From Kofleriaceae bacterium (GTDB lineage Bacteria; Myxococcota_A; Polyangia; Haliangiales; Haliangiaceae), in assembly GCA_044230415.1 (NCBI GenBank), contig JBGARE010000001.1, positions 497,195-561,194 of the forward strand: 64,000 bases of DNA, read 5' to 3'. The notes under the pieces were generated by a model, which worked only from the letters and a program-made list of their open reading frames with translations, searched no databases and was not told the DNA's origin. Shown here piece after piece: positions 19,921 through 29,101 of this stretch; within the stretch, counting starts at the first letter, position 1; every line of letters starts with the position of its first letter. Made by a program: the position numbers and the translations under genes.

Positions 19921-20432
19921 CTCGCAGGCGTTCACACGCGGGCTTCACGCTCGTCGAGATGATGGTGGTCGTCGCGATCGTCGCGATCCTCTCCGGCCTT
20001 CTGATTTCGACCTCGAGTCGTCCGGTCGGTGCGAACGCGCGGAACATGTCCGAGACCGTGGTCTCGACGATCAACTTCGCGAAGCTCCGTGCTGGCGCGA
20101 CCCGCCGCGTGCACACGGTGCAAATCACCGATACGCAGCTCGCCGTGTACGCCTGCGCCACCACCGGCCTCGTCTGCACCACGCCGCCCGGCGATCTGAT
20201 CCAGCAGGTCCGCGTCGCCAAGGGCGTCACGATCCTGAACACGTCGAGCACGCTGTACCCCGCGGGTGGTGCGAGCGTGTCGGCGCCGTCGAGCGCGCTC
20301 AACTCCGCGCTCGCCATTCGCCCCGACGGTCAGGCGACGCCAATGACCATCTTCCTCACCGACACGAAGGACTCGTGGCGCGTGCTCGTCTATCACGTGA
20401 CCGGCGGCGCATACGCGCGACAGGGTTGGTAA
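19917..20432 (+). CDS. FimU/FimT/GspH-like minor (pseudo)pilin
   Basis: GTG start overlapping the upstream stop (ctGTGA). VTRRRSHAGFTLVEMMVVVAIVAILSGLLIS is a prepilin signal. The size and pattern resemble the GspH/FimT family. Confidence 0.7.
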   Translation: MTRRRSHAGFTLVEMMVVVAIVAILSGLLISTSSRPVGANARNMSETVVSTINFAKLRAGATRRVHTVQITDTQLAVYACATTGLVCTTPPGDLIQQVRVAKGVTILNTSSTLYPAGGASVSAPSSALNSALAIRPDGQATPMTIFLTDTKDSWRVLVYHVTGGAYARQGW

Positions 20433-20439
20433 CGGAGCC

Positions 20440-23400
20440 TTGGAGAACACCATGCACCAAACACCCAAGCTCATCGGCAAGCTCGTCACTACCATCGCTC
20501 TCGTCGGAGTGACGGCGGTGGCGACACCAGCGCTTGCCGACACGAAGGACTTCAAGGCGGGCTCGCTCATCATCCCCGCGACCTCCGTGTTCCAGACCGA
20601 CTGCGGTGCCGTGTCGATGTACGGCCTGATCTACAACGTGCTTCGCGCGAACGCGTGGCTCGATGCCGATCCGGGCTACGGCCCGATCGAGATCTACTAC
20701 GCGTACAACACCGCGAAGAGCTCGCCGAATCGCTGTACGCCGACGAACCTGCACACGAGTCCGACGGTGTCGACCACGTGGGAGGATGGCTGCGACTTCG
20801 CGATCAGCGATAGCGGCGGCACGACCAACATCGTGTCGCTCGTGAACAACAAGGTCGCCACCACCGACTCGACGATCACGACCTACGACACGAGCGGCAA
20901 GGGCAACGTCTACCCGCGCTACGCGCTCTCGCAGGTGATCACCGCGGCTGCCGGCGTGAACACGGTCCGGTACTCCGGCGGTGCGTTCGTGATCGACAAG
21001 TCCGATGCGGACACGTTCATCGGTCTGCTCCGCGGAACGATCCCCGCGAAGGACAACGGCGTCACGATCAACTACGCGCCGTGGCGCCTGTCGGACGCTG
21101 CGGGCGTCCCCACCGCATGCACGTTCAACACGGCGTGGTCGACGTCCACCGTCGGCGGCTGGGTCAACATTCACCGCGCGCTTGTCGACTTCACGGCACC
21201 GGTCCCCAAGCTGTTCAACTCGAACCCGCCGCGCCTCGCGCTGCTCGCGCTCGACACCTACAACGGCACGGGCACGCTCTCGAACAACATCCTCCAGGGC
21301 TACCTCAGCCGCGCCGGTCTCACGTTCACGGGCGCGAACGGCTGCCCGACAAACAGTCCACACAAGCTGATCGCCGCGACCTGTCCCACCGGCGACACGA
21401 GCGGCGAGATCTACGACACGTTCGACTTCGACGACGTCCTCAACGACCGACTCGACAACACGAAGTACAAGATGTTCTGGGCGCCGCACTGGGAGCTGGA
21501 CAGCTCGACGGGTGGCGGCACCTTGAACGAGAAGGCGGCGATCACGAAGATCGCCACGTTCCTCGAGGGCAAGACGGGCGTGATGGCGGAGTGCGCGTCG
21601 ATCTCGAGCTTCGAGGGCTCGCAGAGCCGCGAGTCAGGGACCGAAGCGAAGTTCCAGACCTGTGAAGATAACGCCGGCGCATGTGCCAGCCCTGAAGGAA
21701 ACCGTGGTTTCCAGGTGAACTCGGGCGGCTGGATCTCGTCCGATCCGAGCGGCCTCTTGCGCAACTGCACCGATGCCACCACGAGCGTCGGCGGCAACTG
21801 CTACTACATCTCGTATCCGTCCGATCCGTACGTGCAGATCGGTGACTTCCGCTGGTACGCGGACGATGGCGTCGTCGCGGACTTCCTGCCCAATACGGCG
21901 TCTCCCGCGGCGCGGTACAAGAACGGCGTCCTACCGCTGATCTCGGGCGTGACCGCCAACGATGTCACGAAGCTCGATACACCCGCCAATGCACGAGCGA
22001 GCGGGCTGCTCACGGGTGACTACGTGTCGCGCAACCAGAAGGACGACGCCGCGGGGAAAGGCAACATCCTCTACCTCGGTGGCCACGACCTGACCGAGTC
22101 CGTCGCCGGTACGAAGGTGGCGCTCCAGACGCTGCTCCAGCTCGGCACGCCGGATGTCACGTCGTACACGACGGAGATCTCGCGCGCGACGCCGATCATC
22201 GCGCTCCTCGGTAGCGGCCAGGCGCTGGTGCAGGGAACGTACGAGTCGGTGCAGCCGATCGCCGGTACGCCGAAGAAGATGACGCTCGACACCGATGCAC
22301 CCACGTTCGAGTTCCCCTTCGTGCGCGGCCACCTCCGTGGCTACACGAACGTCGGCACGACCGCGGCGACGTTCGAGACGCTCGGCGCCTCGACCTGGGA
22401 CACGACGACGCTCATCCCGACCGCGGACTACGCCGGTTGCACGCCGTTCACCGCGAATTGTCGCACGGTGTTCACGAACCTCGTCGCGAGCTGCAGCCGC
22501 GACTCGACGAAGTGCACGAACACGGTGCTCTCGGATGACACCGCGGACGAAGTGGGACCGCTGATGGCGAGCGATCTTCTGCCCGCCACGCAGACCACGT
22601 TGGTCCGCCGCACGCTGGAAGGTGTTCCCGATGCCTTGCTGGCGAACAAGTACAAGGCGCGGCTCGGTGGCATCGATCGTTCGACGGTCGCGGTCATCCC
22701 GCAGAGCTCGCTCGCGGGTCTCGGTGCGCGTCCGACGATGATCTACGTGGGTGCGAGCGACGGCATGATCCACGCGATCTGCGGTGACAGCGTCGCTCCA
22801 TGCGATACCCCGGGACGCGAGCTGTGGGCGTTCCTCCCGCGCAATCAGTTGTCGTCGGTGCGCAACAACGAGACGCGGATCGATGGGTCGGTGCGCGTGC
22901 AGGACATGTACGGCAACTTCGACGGGACCGGAAAGTCGTATCGCACGGTGCTCGTGTTCCAGTCGTCGCCGGCCGCCGCGACCGCCACGGCAGCGGTGTA
23001 CGCCCTCGACGTGACGTTCCCCGGTGCCCCCAAGATCCTCTGGGAGCATCCGACGAACGGTAGCGGTCTCGCGATCACGATGGGCAAGATCAGCACCGGC
23101 CAGCTCGCCGCCTTCGCAGAGACCAACAGTGGTACGTCGACGGCGGCCACGGAGGTTCGCGCGATCGATGTCGAGACCGGCCTCGCGATCTGGACGAAGT
23201 CGATCGCGATGCCGGCCTCGCGCACGGTGTCGCGTCAGGTGCCGGCCACCGGCATCCCGGGTGGTGCGGTCGCGGTCGATCTCACCGACAGCGGAAGCAT
23301 GACCGACGTCGTGTTCGCGACTTTGTACGGCCAGATCTTCCGGTTGAACGCAGCGGACGGCGTCAATCCGTACGAGCCGAACCCGCTGTTTCAATTCACG

Positions 23401-23967
23401 GAAGACTTGAAGCCGTTCGGTGCGGCGCCGGCGTTGTTCGCGAGCGGGCAGGTCTACGCGGTCGCCGCGTCGGGTGGCTACCTCGACTACGACACCGATA
23501 CCGAGCCGCTGTGGACGAGCAGCAGCACGATGCAACAAGCGGTTGCGGTCGCGATCAACACGCCGGTCGCGAGCACGCCCCTGACCGAAACGACGACGCC
23601 TTCGCCGACCGGCCTCAAGTTCAAGTACGACCTCGGCGCGGGACAGCTCAGCTACTCGCAGGCACAAGTGATCGGCGATCAGATCTTCCTGACGACGGAC
23701 ACCACCGACGTCAACGCGACGTCGTACGGCACCGGTAGCGACACGGGCACGCTGCATCGCATCGACCTCTCGGGCGGCAGTGCGACGACGATCGCGATCA
23801 TGGGTGGTGCGGCGAGCATCGGTCGTCAGGGCACCACGACGTTCGCGGCGACGGGTGAGAAAGCGCAGCAGCTCTCGCTGTCGGCCGGATCGTCCGCACC
23901 GACCGAGGGTGTCAATGGTGGCTCGCAATCGAAGGTGACGCGTCGCCTCTGGCTCCGCACGCTATGA
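20440..23967 (+). CDS. pilY1: PilY1-like type IV pilus tip-associated adhesin (paralog B), about 1170 aa
   Basis: Signal peptide (LIGKLVTTIALVGVTAVATPALA). Collinear with pilY1-A throughout (DFKAGSLIIPATSVFQTDCGAVSMYGLIYNVLRA…, beta-propeller motifs MIYVGASDGMIHAICGD, ELWAFLPR, AVYALDVTFPGAPKILWEH). Confidence 0.8.
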   Translation: MENTMHQTPKLIGKLVTTIALVGVTAVATPALADTKDFKAGSLIIPATSVFQTDCGAVSMYGLIYNVLRANAWLDADPGYGPIEIYYAYNTAKSSPNRCTPTNLHTSPTVSTTWEDGCDFAISDSGGTTNIVSLVNNKVATTDSTITTYDTSGKGNVYPRYALSQVITAAAGVNTVRYSGGAFVIDKSDADTFIGLLRGTIPAKDNGVTINYAPWRLSDAAGVPTACTFNTAWSTSTVGGWVNIHRALVDFTAPVPKLFNSNPPRLALLALDTYNGTGTLSNNILQGYLSRAGLTFTGANGCPTNSPHKLIAATCPTGDTSGEIYDTFDFDDVLNDRLDNTKYKMFWAPHWELDSSTGGGTLNEKAAITKIATFLEGKTGVMAECASISSFEGSQSRESGTEAKFQTCEDNAGACASPEGNRGFQVNSGGWISSDPSGLLRNCTDATTSVGGNCYYISYPSDPYVQIGDFRWYADDGVVADFLPNTASPAARYKNGVLPLISGVTANDVTKLDTPANARASGLLTGDYVSRNQKDDAAGKGNILYLGGHDLTESVAGTKVALQTLLQLGTPDVTSYTTEISRATPIIALLGSGQALVQGTYESVQPIAGTPKKMTLDTDAPTFEFPFVRGHLRGYTNVGTTAATFETLGASTWDTTTLIPTADYAGCTPFTANCRTVFTNLVASCSRDSTKCTNTVLSDDTADEVGPLMASDLLPATQTTLVRRTLEGVPDALLANKYKARLGGIDRSTVAVIPQSSLAGLGARPTMIYVGASDGMIHAICGDSVAPCDTPGRELWAFLPRNQLSSVRNNETRIDGSVRVQDMYGNFDGTGKSYRTVLVFQSSPAAATATAAVYALDVTFPGAPKILWEHPTNGSGLAITMGKISTGQLAAFAETNSGTSTAATEVRAIDVETGLAIWTKSIAMPASRTVSRQVPATGIPGGAVAVDLTDSGSMTDVVFATLYGQIFRLNAADGVNPYEPNPLFQFTEDLKPFGAAPALFASGQVYAVAASGGYLDYDTDTEPLWTSSSTMQQAVAVAINTPVASTPLTETTTPSPTGLKFKYDLGAGQLSYSQAQVIGDQIFLTTDTTDVNATSYGTGSDTGTLHRIDLSGGSATTIAIMGGAASIGRQGTTTFAATGEKAQQLSLSAGSSAPTEGVNGGSQSKVTRRLWLRTL

Positions 23968-24365
23968 CCACGCACCGCAAACCACGTCTCCGTCGGCGTC
24001 GTCGTGGCGTCGGCTTCACCATGATCGAAGTCATGGTGGCGCTGCTCCTCACCGCGATCGCGGCGTCGGGAATCATCGCTCTGTTCATGGTGCAGACGCG
24101 GTCCTCCGGATACTCGCGTCACGCCACGGAAGCGACGATCCTCGCGCAGGACGAGATGGAGCGCTTGCGTGCGATGAACATCAACGCCGGTAGCGGGACC
24201 GCGTCCGGGCTCAACGAGTTCGGGCAGACCGGCGGCATCTTCACGCGTAGCTGGGCGATCACCGCGAGCGCGGGCTCGCACCTCGACGTCACCGTGTCGG
24301 TGTCGTGGGACGAGGATGGCAACGCACCGCGGACGGTCACCCTCGTCTCGAGGAAGAGCCCGTGA
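23964..24365 (+). CDS. pilV: PilV-like minor pilin
   Basis: RRRRRGVGFTMIEVMVALLLTAIAASGIIALFM prepilin signal, about 130 aa. ATGA overlap with the pilY1-B stop. Confidence 0.7.
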   Translation: MTTHRKPRLRRRRRGVGFTMIEVMVALLLTAIAASGIIALFMVQTRSSGYSRHATEATILAQDEMERLRAMNINAGSGTASGLNEFGQTGGIFTRSWAITASAGSHLDVTVSVSWDEDGNAPRTVTLVSRKSP

Positions 24366-25369
24366 GTCGTCGCATCGCCAGACGTCGCCGCCGTGGAGGC
24401 TTCACGCTCGTCGAGCTGATGGTGTCGCTCGTGATGTTCTCGTTCGCGATCGCGGGCGTGCTGGCGGTGGCCGTGTCGATGGCGAACGGGTTCCGCGAGC
24501 AACGCGCGGGCGTCGGCACCGAGGGCGCGGCGCGGTCGGCGATGGAGTTTCTGAGCGATGCGATCCGCGGCGCGAGCCCCGGTATCGAGAGCGGCATCAT
24601 CTATCCGATGGATGACTCGGAGTGCAACACGGTCACCGGCCTCGCCAACGGCGTGAACCGTTCGTTCCGCGCGACGATGGGCAACGCGACGGCGCCCGAT
24701 TCGGTGACGGTCACGTTCGCGTACGGCTCTGTCGTCACGACGGCCCTCACCGGGTACGACACGGCGGCGCTCGGCGGTACGATCACCGTCGAGAACGGGT
24801 CGCAGTTCCAGAACGGTGACTTCATCGTGCTGACGGACTTCTCGAACGCAGTACTGATCAAGGTCGATGTCTCGGGCAACACGCTCACCTACGACGCGAC
24901 ACCGGCGTGTACGCAAGCGATCAACATTCCGGCGGGCGCGCTCGCCATTCGTGCACTGCGCGCGCGGTTCTACATCCAGAACCTCGACGGTATCCCGACG
25001 CTGTTCATGGATCCCGATCCGACCGACGGCGTGACCAACGACGACGAGCCGCTCGCCGAAGGCATCGAGGATCTCCAGGTCGTGCTCGGCATCGACTCCG
25101 GCTCCGACGGGCTCGGTGCGGAGAATGCTGTGGTCGACGGCGACGAGTGGTGGGGCAACCTGCCGGGCGAGACGATTCCCACGACCGGCGCGATCACGAT
25201 GCGTGCGGTGCGTCTCTCGCTCGTCGCTCGTGCCCTCGTCCCCGTTAGCGGTACGGCGTCGTACTTCCGGCCCGCGCTGGAGGATCACGACGGCAGCACC
25301 ACCGACAATTTCCGGCGACGTGTGCTCACGTCGATCATCGAGGTCCGCAACATGTTGGGGTCCAAATGA
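24362..25369 (+). CDS. pilW: PilW-like minor pilin
   Basis: GTG start overlapping the upstream stop (GTGA). VSRRIARRRRRGGFTLVELMVSLVMFSFAIAGVLAV prepilin signal. About 335 aa, typical of PilW. Confidence 0.7.
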   Translation: MSRRIARRRRRGGFTLVELMVSLVMFSFAIAGVLAVAVSMANGFREQRAGVGTEGAARSAMEFLSDAIRGASPGIESGIIYPMDDSECNTVTGLANGVNRSFRATMGNATAPDSVTVTFAYGSVVTTALTGYDTAALGGTITVENGSQFQNGDFIVLTDFSNAVLIKVDVSGNTLTYDATPACTQAINIPAGALAIRALRARFYIQNLDGIPTLFMDPDPTDGVTNDDEPLAEGIEDLQVVLGIDSGSDGLGAENAVVDGDEWWGNLPGETIPTTGAITMRAVRLSLVARALVPVSGTASYFRPALEDHDGSTTDNFRRRVLTSIIEVRNMLGSK

Positions 25370-25908
25370 GGCGCACGCGTCGTCGGCAACGGACTCGTCA
25401 GCGTGGCAGCGCGATGCTGGTCACGCTGATCATCATCGGTGCGCTGCTCGCCGGCGCGGGCGTGTTGCTCTCGGTGCAGATGGCGTCGAACCGCTCGTCG
25501 GATCTCTCGCGGTCCGGAATGACCTCGTTGTACTGCGCGGAGGCAGGCCTCGCGGCCGCGCGCCAAGTGGTGGCCGAGCACTACATCGATTGGAAAGCGA
25601 GCCTGTGCACGGCCACGACGTGCACCGAGCCGACGTGGATGAGCGATGGCATCGACCTCAAGACGTTCCCGAAGGAGCACGATCTCGACGGTGACGGCCA
25701 GGCCGACTTCACGGTCTGGCTTCGTGACAACTACGACGAGCTCGCGGGGAACGACCCGGGGGTCGACTCCGATCTCCAGGTCTACATCGTCTCGAAGTGC
25801 ATCAAGTTCGCGGACACCCCGAAGCAAGTCGAGGAGCTGATCCTCTTCGAAGGTGGCATCGAGTGCTATCCGTGGCAGCTCGGTGGTTGCACCGGCGGCG
25901 GGCAGTAG
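25366..25908 (+). CDS. pilX: PilX-like minor pilin (PilX_N-type), paralog B
   Basis: MRRTRRRQRTRQRGSAMLVTLIIIGALLAGAGVLLSVQMAS. Clear paralog of 13843..14382 with a shared C-terminal motif (DLQV[FY]I…C.K[FY]…EL…GG..C[HY]P.Q[IL]GGC.G.G). ATGA overlap with pilW. Confidence 0.7.
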   Translation: MRRTRRRQRTRQRGSAMLVTLIIIGALLAGAGVLLSVQMASNRSSDLSRSGMTSLYCAEAGLAAARQVVAEHYIDWKASLCTATTCTEPTWMSDGIDLKTFPKEHDLDGDGQADFTVWLRDNYDELAGNDPGVDSDLQVYIVSKCIKFADTPKQVEELILFEGGIECYPWQLGGCTGGGQ

Positions 25909-26014
25909 CGCTCGCTGCGTCACCACCGCACGCCGCCATCGGTCGACGCGCACGAAGATCTCGCGTAGGTCTACGGATCTCGCGCGGCGCGGAAATCGCA
26001 ACGCTGCACCAACG

Positions 26015-26614
26015 ATGCGCGTTCGCTTTTTCCTCGGTCTTCTGTGCCTCGTCGCCGGCTGCGTGTCCTCGCTTCCGGACTACCCCTACGCGAGCGAGCC
26101 CGACCCGCGAAAGAACGAGGTGATCCTCGGCGTCGGCGACGTCGTGGCGATCAACGTGTGGGGCGAAGCGAACGAAGCGCTCAACACCGAAGCCACGATT
26201 CGACCGGATGGCACGATCACGATGCCGCTCGTCGGCGACATCAAAGCCGCGAACGAGACGACGACGTCGCTCAAAGAGAAGATCAAGAAGCAGCTCGCGA
26301 ACTACGTGAAGATGGAAGGCACGGCGGTCACGGTCGCGATCAAAGCGTGGAAGAGCTATCGCTTCACGATCCAGGGCGAGGTGATGCGCCCGAGCGTGTA
26401 CACGAACGATCAGTTCTTGACGGTCGCCGATGCGCTCGCACTCGCGGGCGGTCCCACGCGCTTCGCGAAGCGCAGCCAGATCGTGCTCATGCGTGCGGAC
26501 GCCAAGACGAAGGAGACGCGGCGCATCCCGCTCGACTACGACGCGCTCGCGTCGGGCAAGCGCATGGACATGAACATCTTCGTGCTGCCCGGCGACTCGA
26601 TCTACGTCCCCTGA
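26015..26614 (+). CDS. Polysaccharide export protein (Wza/GumB-like Poly_export + SLBB domains), lipoprotein
   Basis: Lipobox LLCLVAGC. Poly_export-type pattern VILGVGDVVAINVWGE…IRPDGTITMPLVGDIKAANETTTSLKEKIKKQL, and an SLBB-like C-terminus (LTVADALALAGGPT…). Confidence 0.7.
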   Translation: MRVRFFLGLLCLVAGCVSSLPDYPYASEPDPRKNEVILGVGDVVAINVWGEANEALNTEATIRPDGTITMPLVGDIKAANETTTSLKEKIKKQLANYVKMEGTAVTVAIKAWKSYRFTIQGEVMRPSVYTNDQFLTVADALALAGGPTRFAKRSQIVLMRADAKTKETRRIPLDYDALASGKRMDMNIFVLPGDSIYVP

Positions 26615-26765
26615 GGGCTGTACGTCCGCCGGCCGGACACGAGCAACTCTCGTTGCGCCTCCGCACCGGGGTTGGGGATCGAGAAAGCGCAGTCGCGTAC
26701 AGCGCTTGGCCGATGTTGCAATGTCGCATGCCATGCATGCCGGCCATGCCGGACATGCTCGGGCA

Positions 26766-27881
26766 TCAAGGCGTCTTCGGGCCGGGGACCCAGACCGCCG
26801 CGCCGTCGAGGACGCCGATGATCTTGATCGGTGCGGTCGTGTACGCGCCTTCGAGCTGCGCGCGATAGAGCGACAGGTTGCCGGTCGGCGGCGGGACCTC
26901 GACGTCGTCGGTCGGCATGTCGTCGTCGGACTCGCCCTTGTTCTCGGACTCGTTCGACGGCTCCGCCATCGGATCCTTCTTGGACTTCTTGTCGGACTTC
27001 TTCTTCGACTTCTTCGGAGCGGCGGCTTTGTCGCGCGAGCCGAGCAACAGGCCGTACTTGCCGTCGGACGCGATCGACGCGCCGGTGTAGCCCTTCCAGC
27101 ATTTGTACTGGCCACCGGTCGCGTGGACGATGCAGGCGGATCCCCGGTCCTGCATCAGCAGCCACTCGTTGTCGTGCGACCACTCGGCGGCGACGCCGGA
27201 CTTGACCGACTTGCGCCGCGCGCCTTGCCCGTCGAGCGGGAACGTCATCAGCAGCTCCGCCGGCTTCGTCGTGTGCACGCTGTCGTGGATCACGTCGGCA
27301 TAGACGCCGGTGGCGCGCGTGCCCGCGGGGTTCGGCAGGAAGCCGCGCAGCGGCGCATCGGGAGCGACGAGCGTCTTCTTGCGCGGATCGTTCGGCGGCG
27401 AGGCCCACACGCCGGAGGAGTCGGCCCACACGAGCTTGCGATCGGCGGCCGTGCCGACGATGCGCGCGCCCGCGGTGGGAATCGGGATCGTGATCGAGGC
27501 CTTGGTCGCGAAGTTGATGATCAGCGACGACGTGGCGGACTGCGCGCGGCACAGAACGCACGAGCCATCGGCGGCGAGCTGCGCGGGCCCGTCGGCGCAC
27601 GGCAGATCGGTGAGCGTCGACGTCTTGCCGTCGAGCGGCATCCACGACCACTTGCCACCCACGTTCGCGAGCAGGATCTTGCCGGCCTCGTCGGTGCGCA
27701 GCGCGCGGACCGGGGCCTTCGTCGCGAGCTTCGCGACCTCGGTCTCGGTCTTGCCCTTGGGATCCGTGCGGATCAGCGAATCGCCGCGGGCGAAGATGAC
27801 GTAGGCGCCGCCGAAATCGTCGTCGGCGAGCGCGGGGGTGGCGGCGGTGGCCACGATCGCGAGCGCGACGAGCGAACGCAT
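26766..27881 (-). CDS. Secreted hypothetical protein with a Lys-rich low-complexity segment
   Basis: Signal peptide MRSLVALAIVATAATPALA. A KKSKKKSDKKSKKD segment near the C-terminus. The start codon overlaps the upstream gene stop (ATGA). The long Arg-rich N-terminal extension of the raw ORF is judged non-coding. Confidence 0.55.
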   Translation of the reverse strand: MRSLVALAIVATAATPALADDDFGGAYVIFARGDSLIRTDPKGKTETEVAKLATKAPVRALRTDEAGKILLANVGGKWSWMPLDGKTSTLTDLPCADGPAQLAADGSCVLCRAQSATSSLIINFATKASITIPIPTAGARIVGTAADRKLVWADSSGVWASPPNDPRKKTLVAPDAPLRGFLPNPAGTRATGVYADVIHDSVHTTKPAELLMTFPLDGQGARRKSVKSGVAAEWSHDNEWLLMQDRGSACIVHATGGQYKCWKGYTGASIASDGKYGLLLGSRDKAAAPKKSKKKSDKKSKKDPMAEPSNESENKGESDDDMPTDDVEVPPPTGNLSLYRAQLEGAYTTAPIKIIGVLDGAAVWVPGPKTP

Positions 27882-29086
27882 CAGCGCACCAATGCCGCCG
27901 CGCGGTTCGCGTCGCGATAGCTCGTGACGAAGCGGCCTTTGCCGCTGATCTCGAGGAGCGTGACGTCGCCGAAGCGCGGGAAGTGAACGTCGAGCGACTT
28001 CACGCCATCGGCGGACTTCGCGTCGCGTTCGAAGTCTTGCTTCGTCAGCGGCTTGCCGTCGACGAAGACCTCGGACAGGAACTCGATCGGCGCGATCCAG
28101 GAGGCGCCATCGCGGTGGATCTTGTCGCGGAGCGCACCGGAGAGATTGTCCGAGCGGCGGACGATCTGGTCCCAGTCGCGCTTGCCGAGCGCGGCGGCGA
28201 CGTCGAGGTCGAACCGCTCCGCGGGGAACACGAGCACGACCGCGCCGTCGATCTCCGTCGCCGCGATCGGCGGACCCTTCGGCTCTTCTTTGACCGCCAC
28301 GGGCGCCGGGGCGGGGGCGGGCGCTGCCTTCGCGACCGGCTTGCCGTTCGCCGGCGCCGGCGCGGGCGGCTTCTTCGCCGACGAAGAGGGCGCACCGGGC
28401 AGCATCGAGAACTGATCGATCGCCGCGAGCTGTGTCTCCATCAGCATCGACTTGCGCTGATCCCACGAGCCGTCTTCCTCGAGGACATCGACGACGAGGA
28501 GGTCACCGCGGCGCTCGAACGTCACGCCCGAGAGGTTCGCGATGATCTGGTCTTCGGTGAGCTCCTCGAGGCGCTTCTCGAACGCCAGCAGCTTCGCTTC
28601 GAACTCCTTCTGCGACAGCGGCGTCGCGCGGCGCTTGCCGTCGAGGTCGACCTGCGGATCGAGCGCGTAGGGGAGGAGCGCGATGCCGCGCAGATCGCGT
28701 GCGTCGCGCGCGACGATGACCGCATCGCCCCACGAACCGAGCGAGAACAAGCGGCCCAAACGTACGGGCAGCGCGGCGACGGTGTTGATCAGCGCTTCTT
28801 TGGCGGCCCGAAGGTCGCCCTTCACGATCGGATCCGCCTGCGGATCGGGCCGCGGCGTGATCGTCGTGTCGTCGATGATCATCAGGCGCCGCTCGCCGCG
28901 ACGACGGAAGGGCATCGACGGCGATAGCTCCATTTCCGCGCGCGGGTCGAGGCGATCGACGTCGAGCAACTGCTTCGTCTCGAGTGCTTCCTGTCCGCCG
29001 AGGCCTTCGATCAGAGTTTTCTGATCGATGGCCGCGTTGGCCTGGAACATCAGGTCGGTGACGAGGCTGTCGATGGAGAGGGACAT
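27881..29086 (-). CDS. Hypothetical protein (401 aa) with a Pro/Ala-rich linker, in the BatA-like operon
   Basis: Full-length ORF with good codon usage and an AKKPPAPAPANGKPVAKAAPAPAPAPVAVKEEPKGPP linker. No recognisable catalytic motif. Confidence 0.5.
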   Translation of the reverse strand: MSLSIDSLVTDLMFQANAAIDQKTLIEGLGGQEALETKQLLDVDRLDPRAEMELSPSMPFRRRGERRLMIIDDTTITPRPDPQADPIVKGDLRAAKEALINTVAALPVRLGRLFSLGSWGDAVIVARDARDLRGIALLPYALDPQVDLDGKRRATPLSQKEFEAKLLAFEKRLEELTEDQIIANLSGVTFERRGDLLVVDVLEEDGSWDQRKSMLMETQLAAIDQFSMLPGAPSSSAKKPPAPAPANGKPVAKAAPAPAPAPVAVKEEPKGPPIAATEIDGAVVLVFPAERFDLDVAAALGKRDWDQIVRRSDNLSGALRDKIHRDGASWIAPIEFLSEVFVDGKPLTKQDFERDAKSADGVKSLDVHFPRFGDVTLLEISGKGRFVTSYRDANRAAALVR

Positions 29087-29101
29087 ATCAACGCTTCCTT
29101 A

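Noticed and set aside
21931-23928. 665-aa minus-strand ORF
   Set aside because: Antisense of pilY1-B; GC-driven artefact.
26602-27651. 349-aa minus-strand ORF and 404-aa plus-strand ORF (26706..27920)
   Set aside because: Alternative frames of the secreted Lys-rich protein gene; extreme Arg/Gly content.
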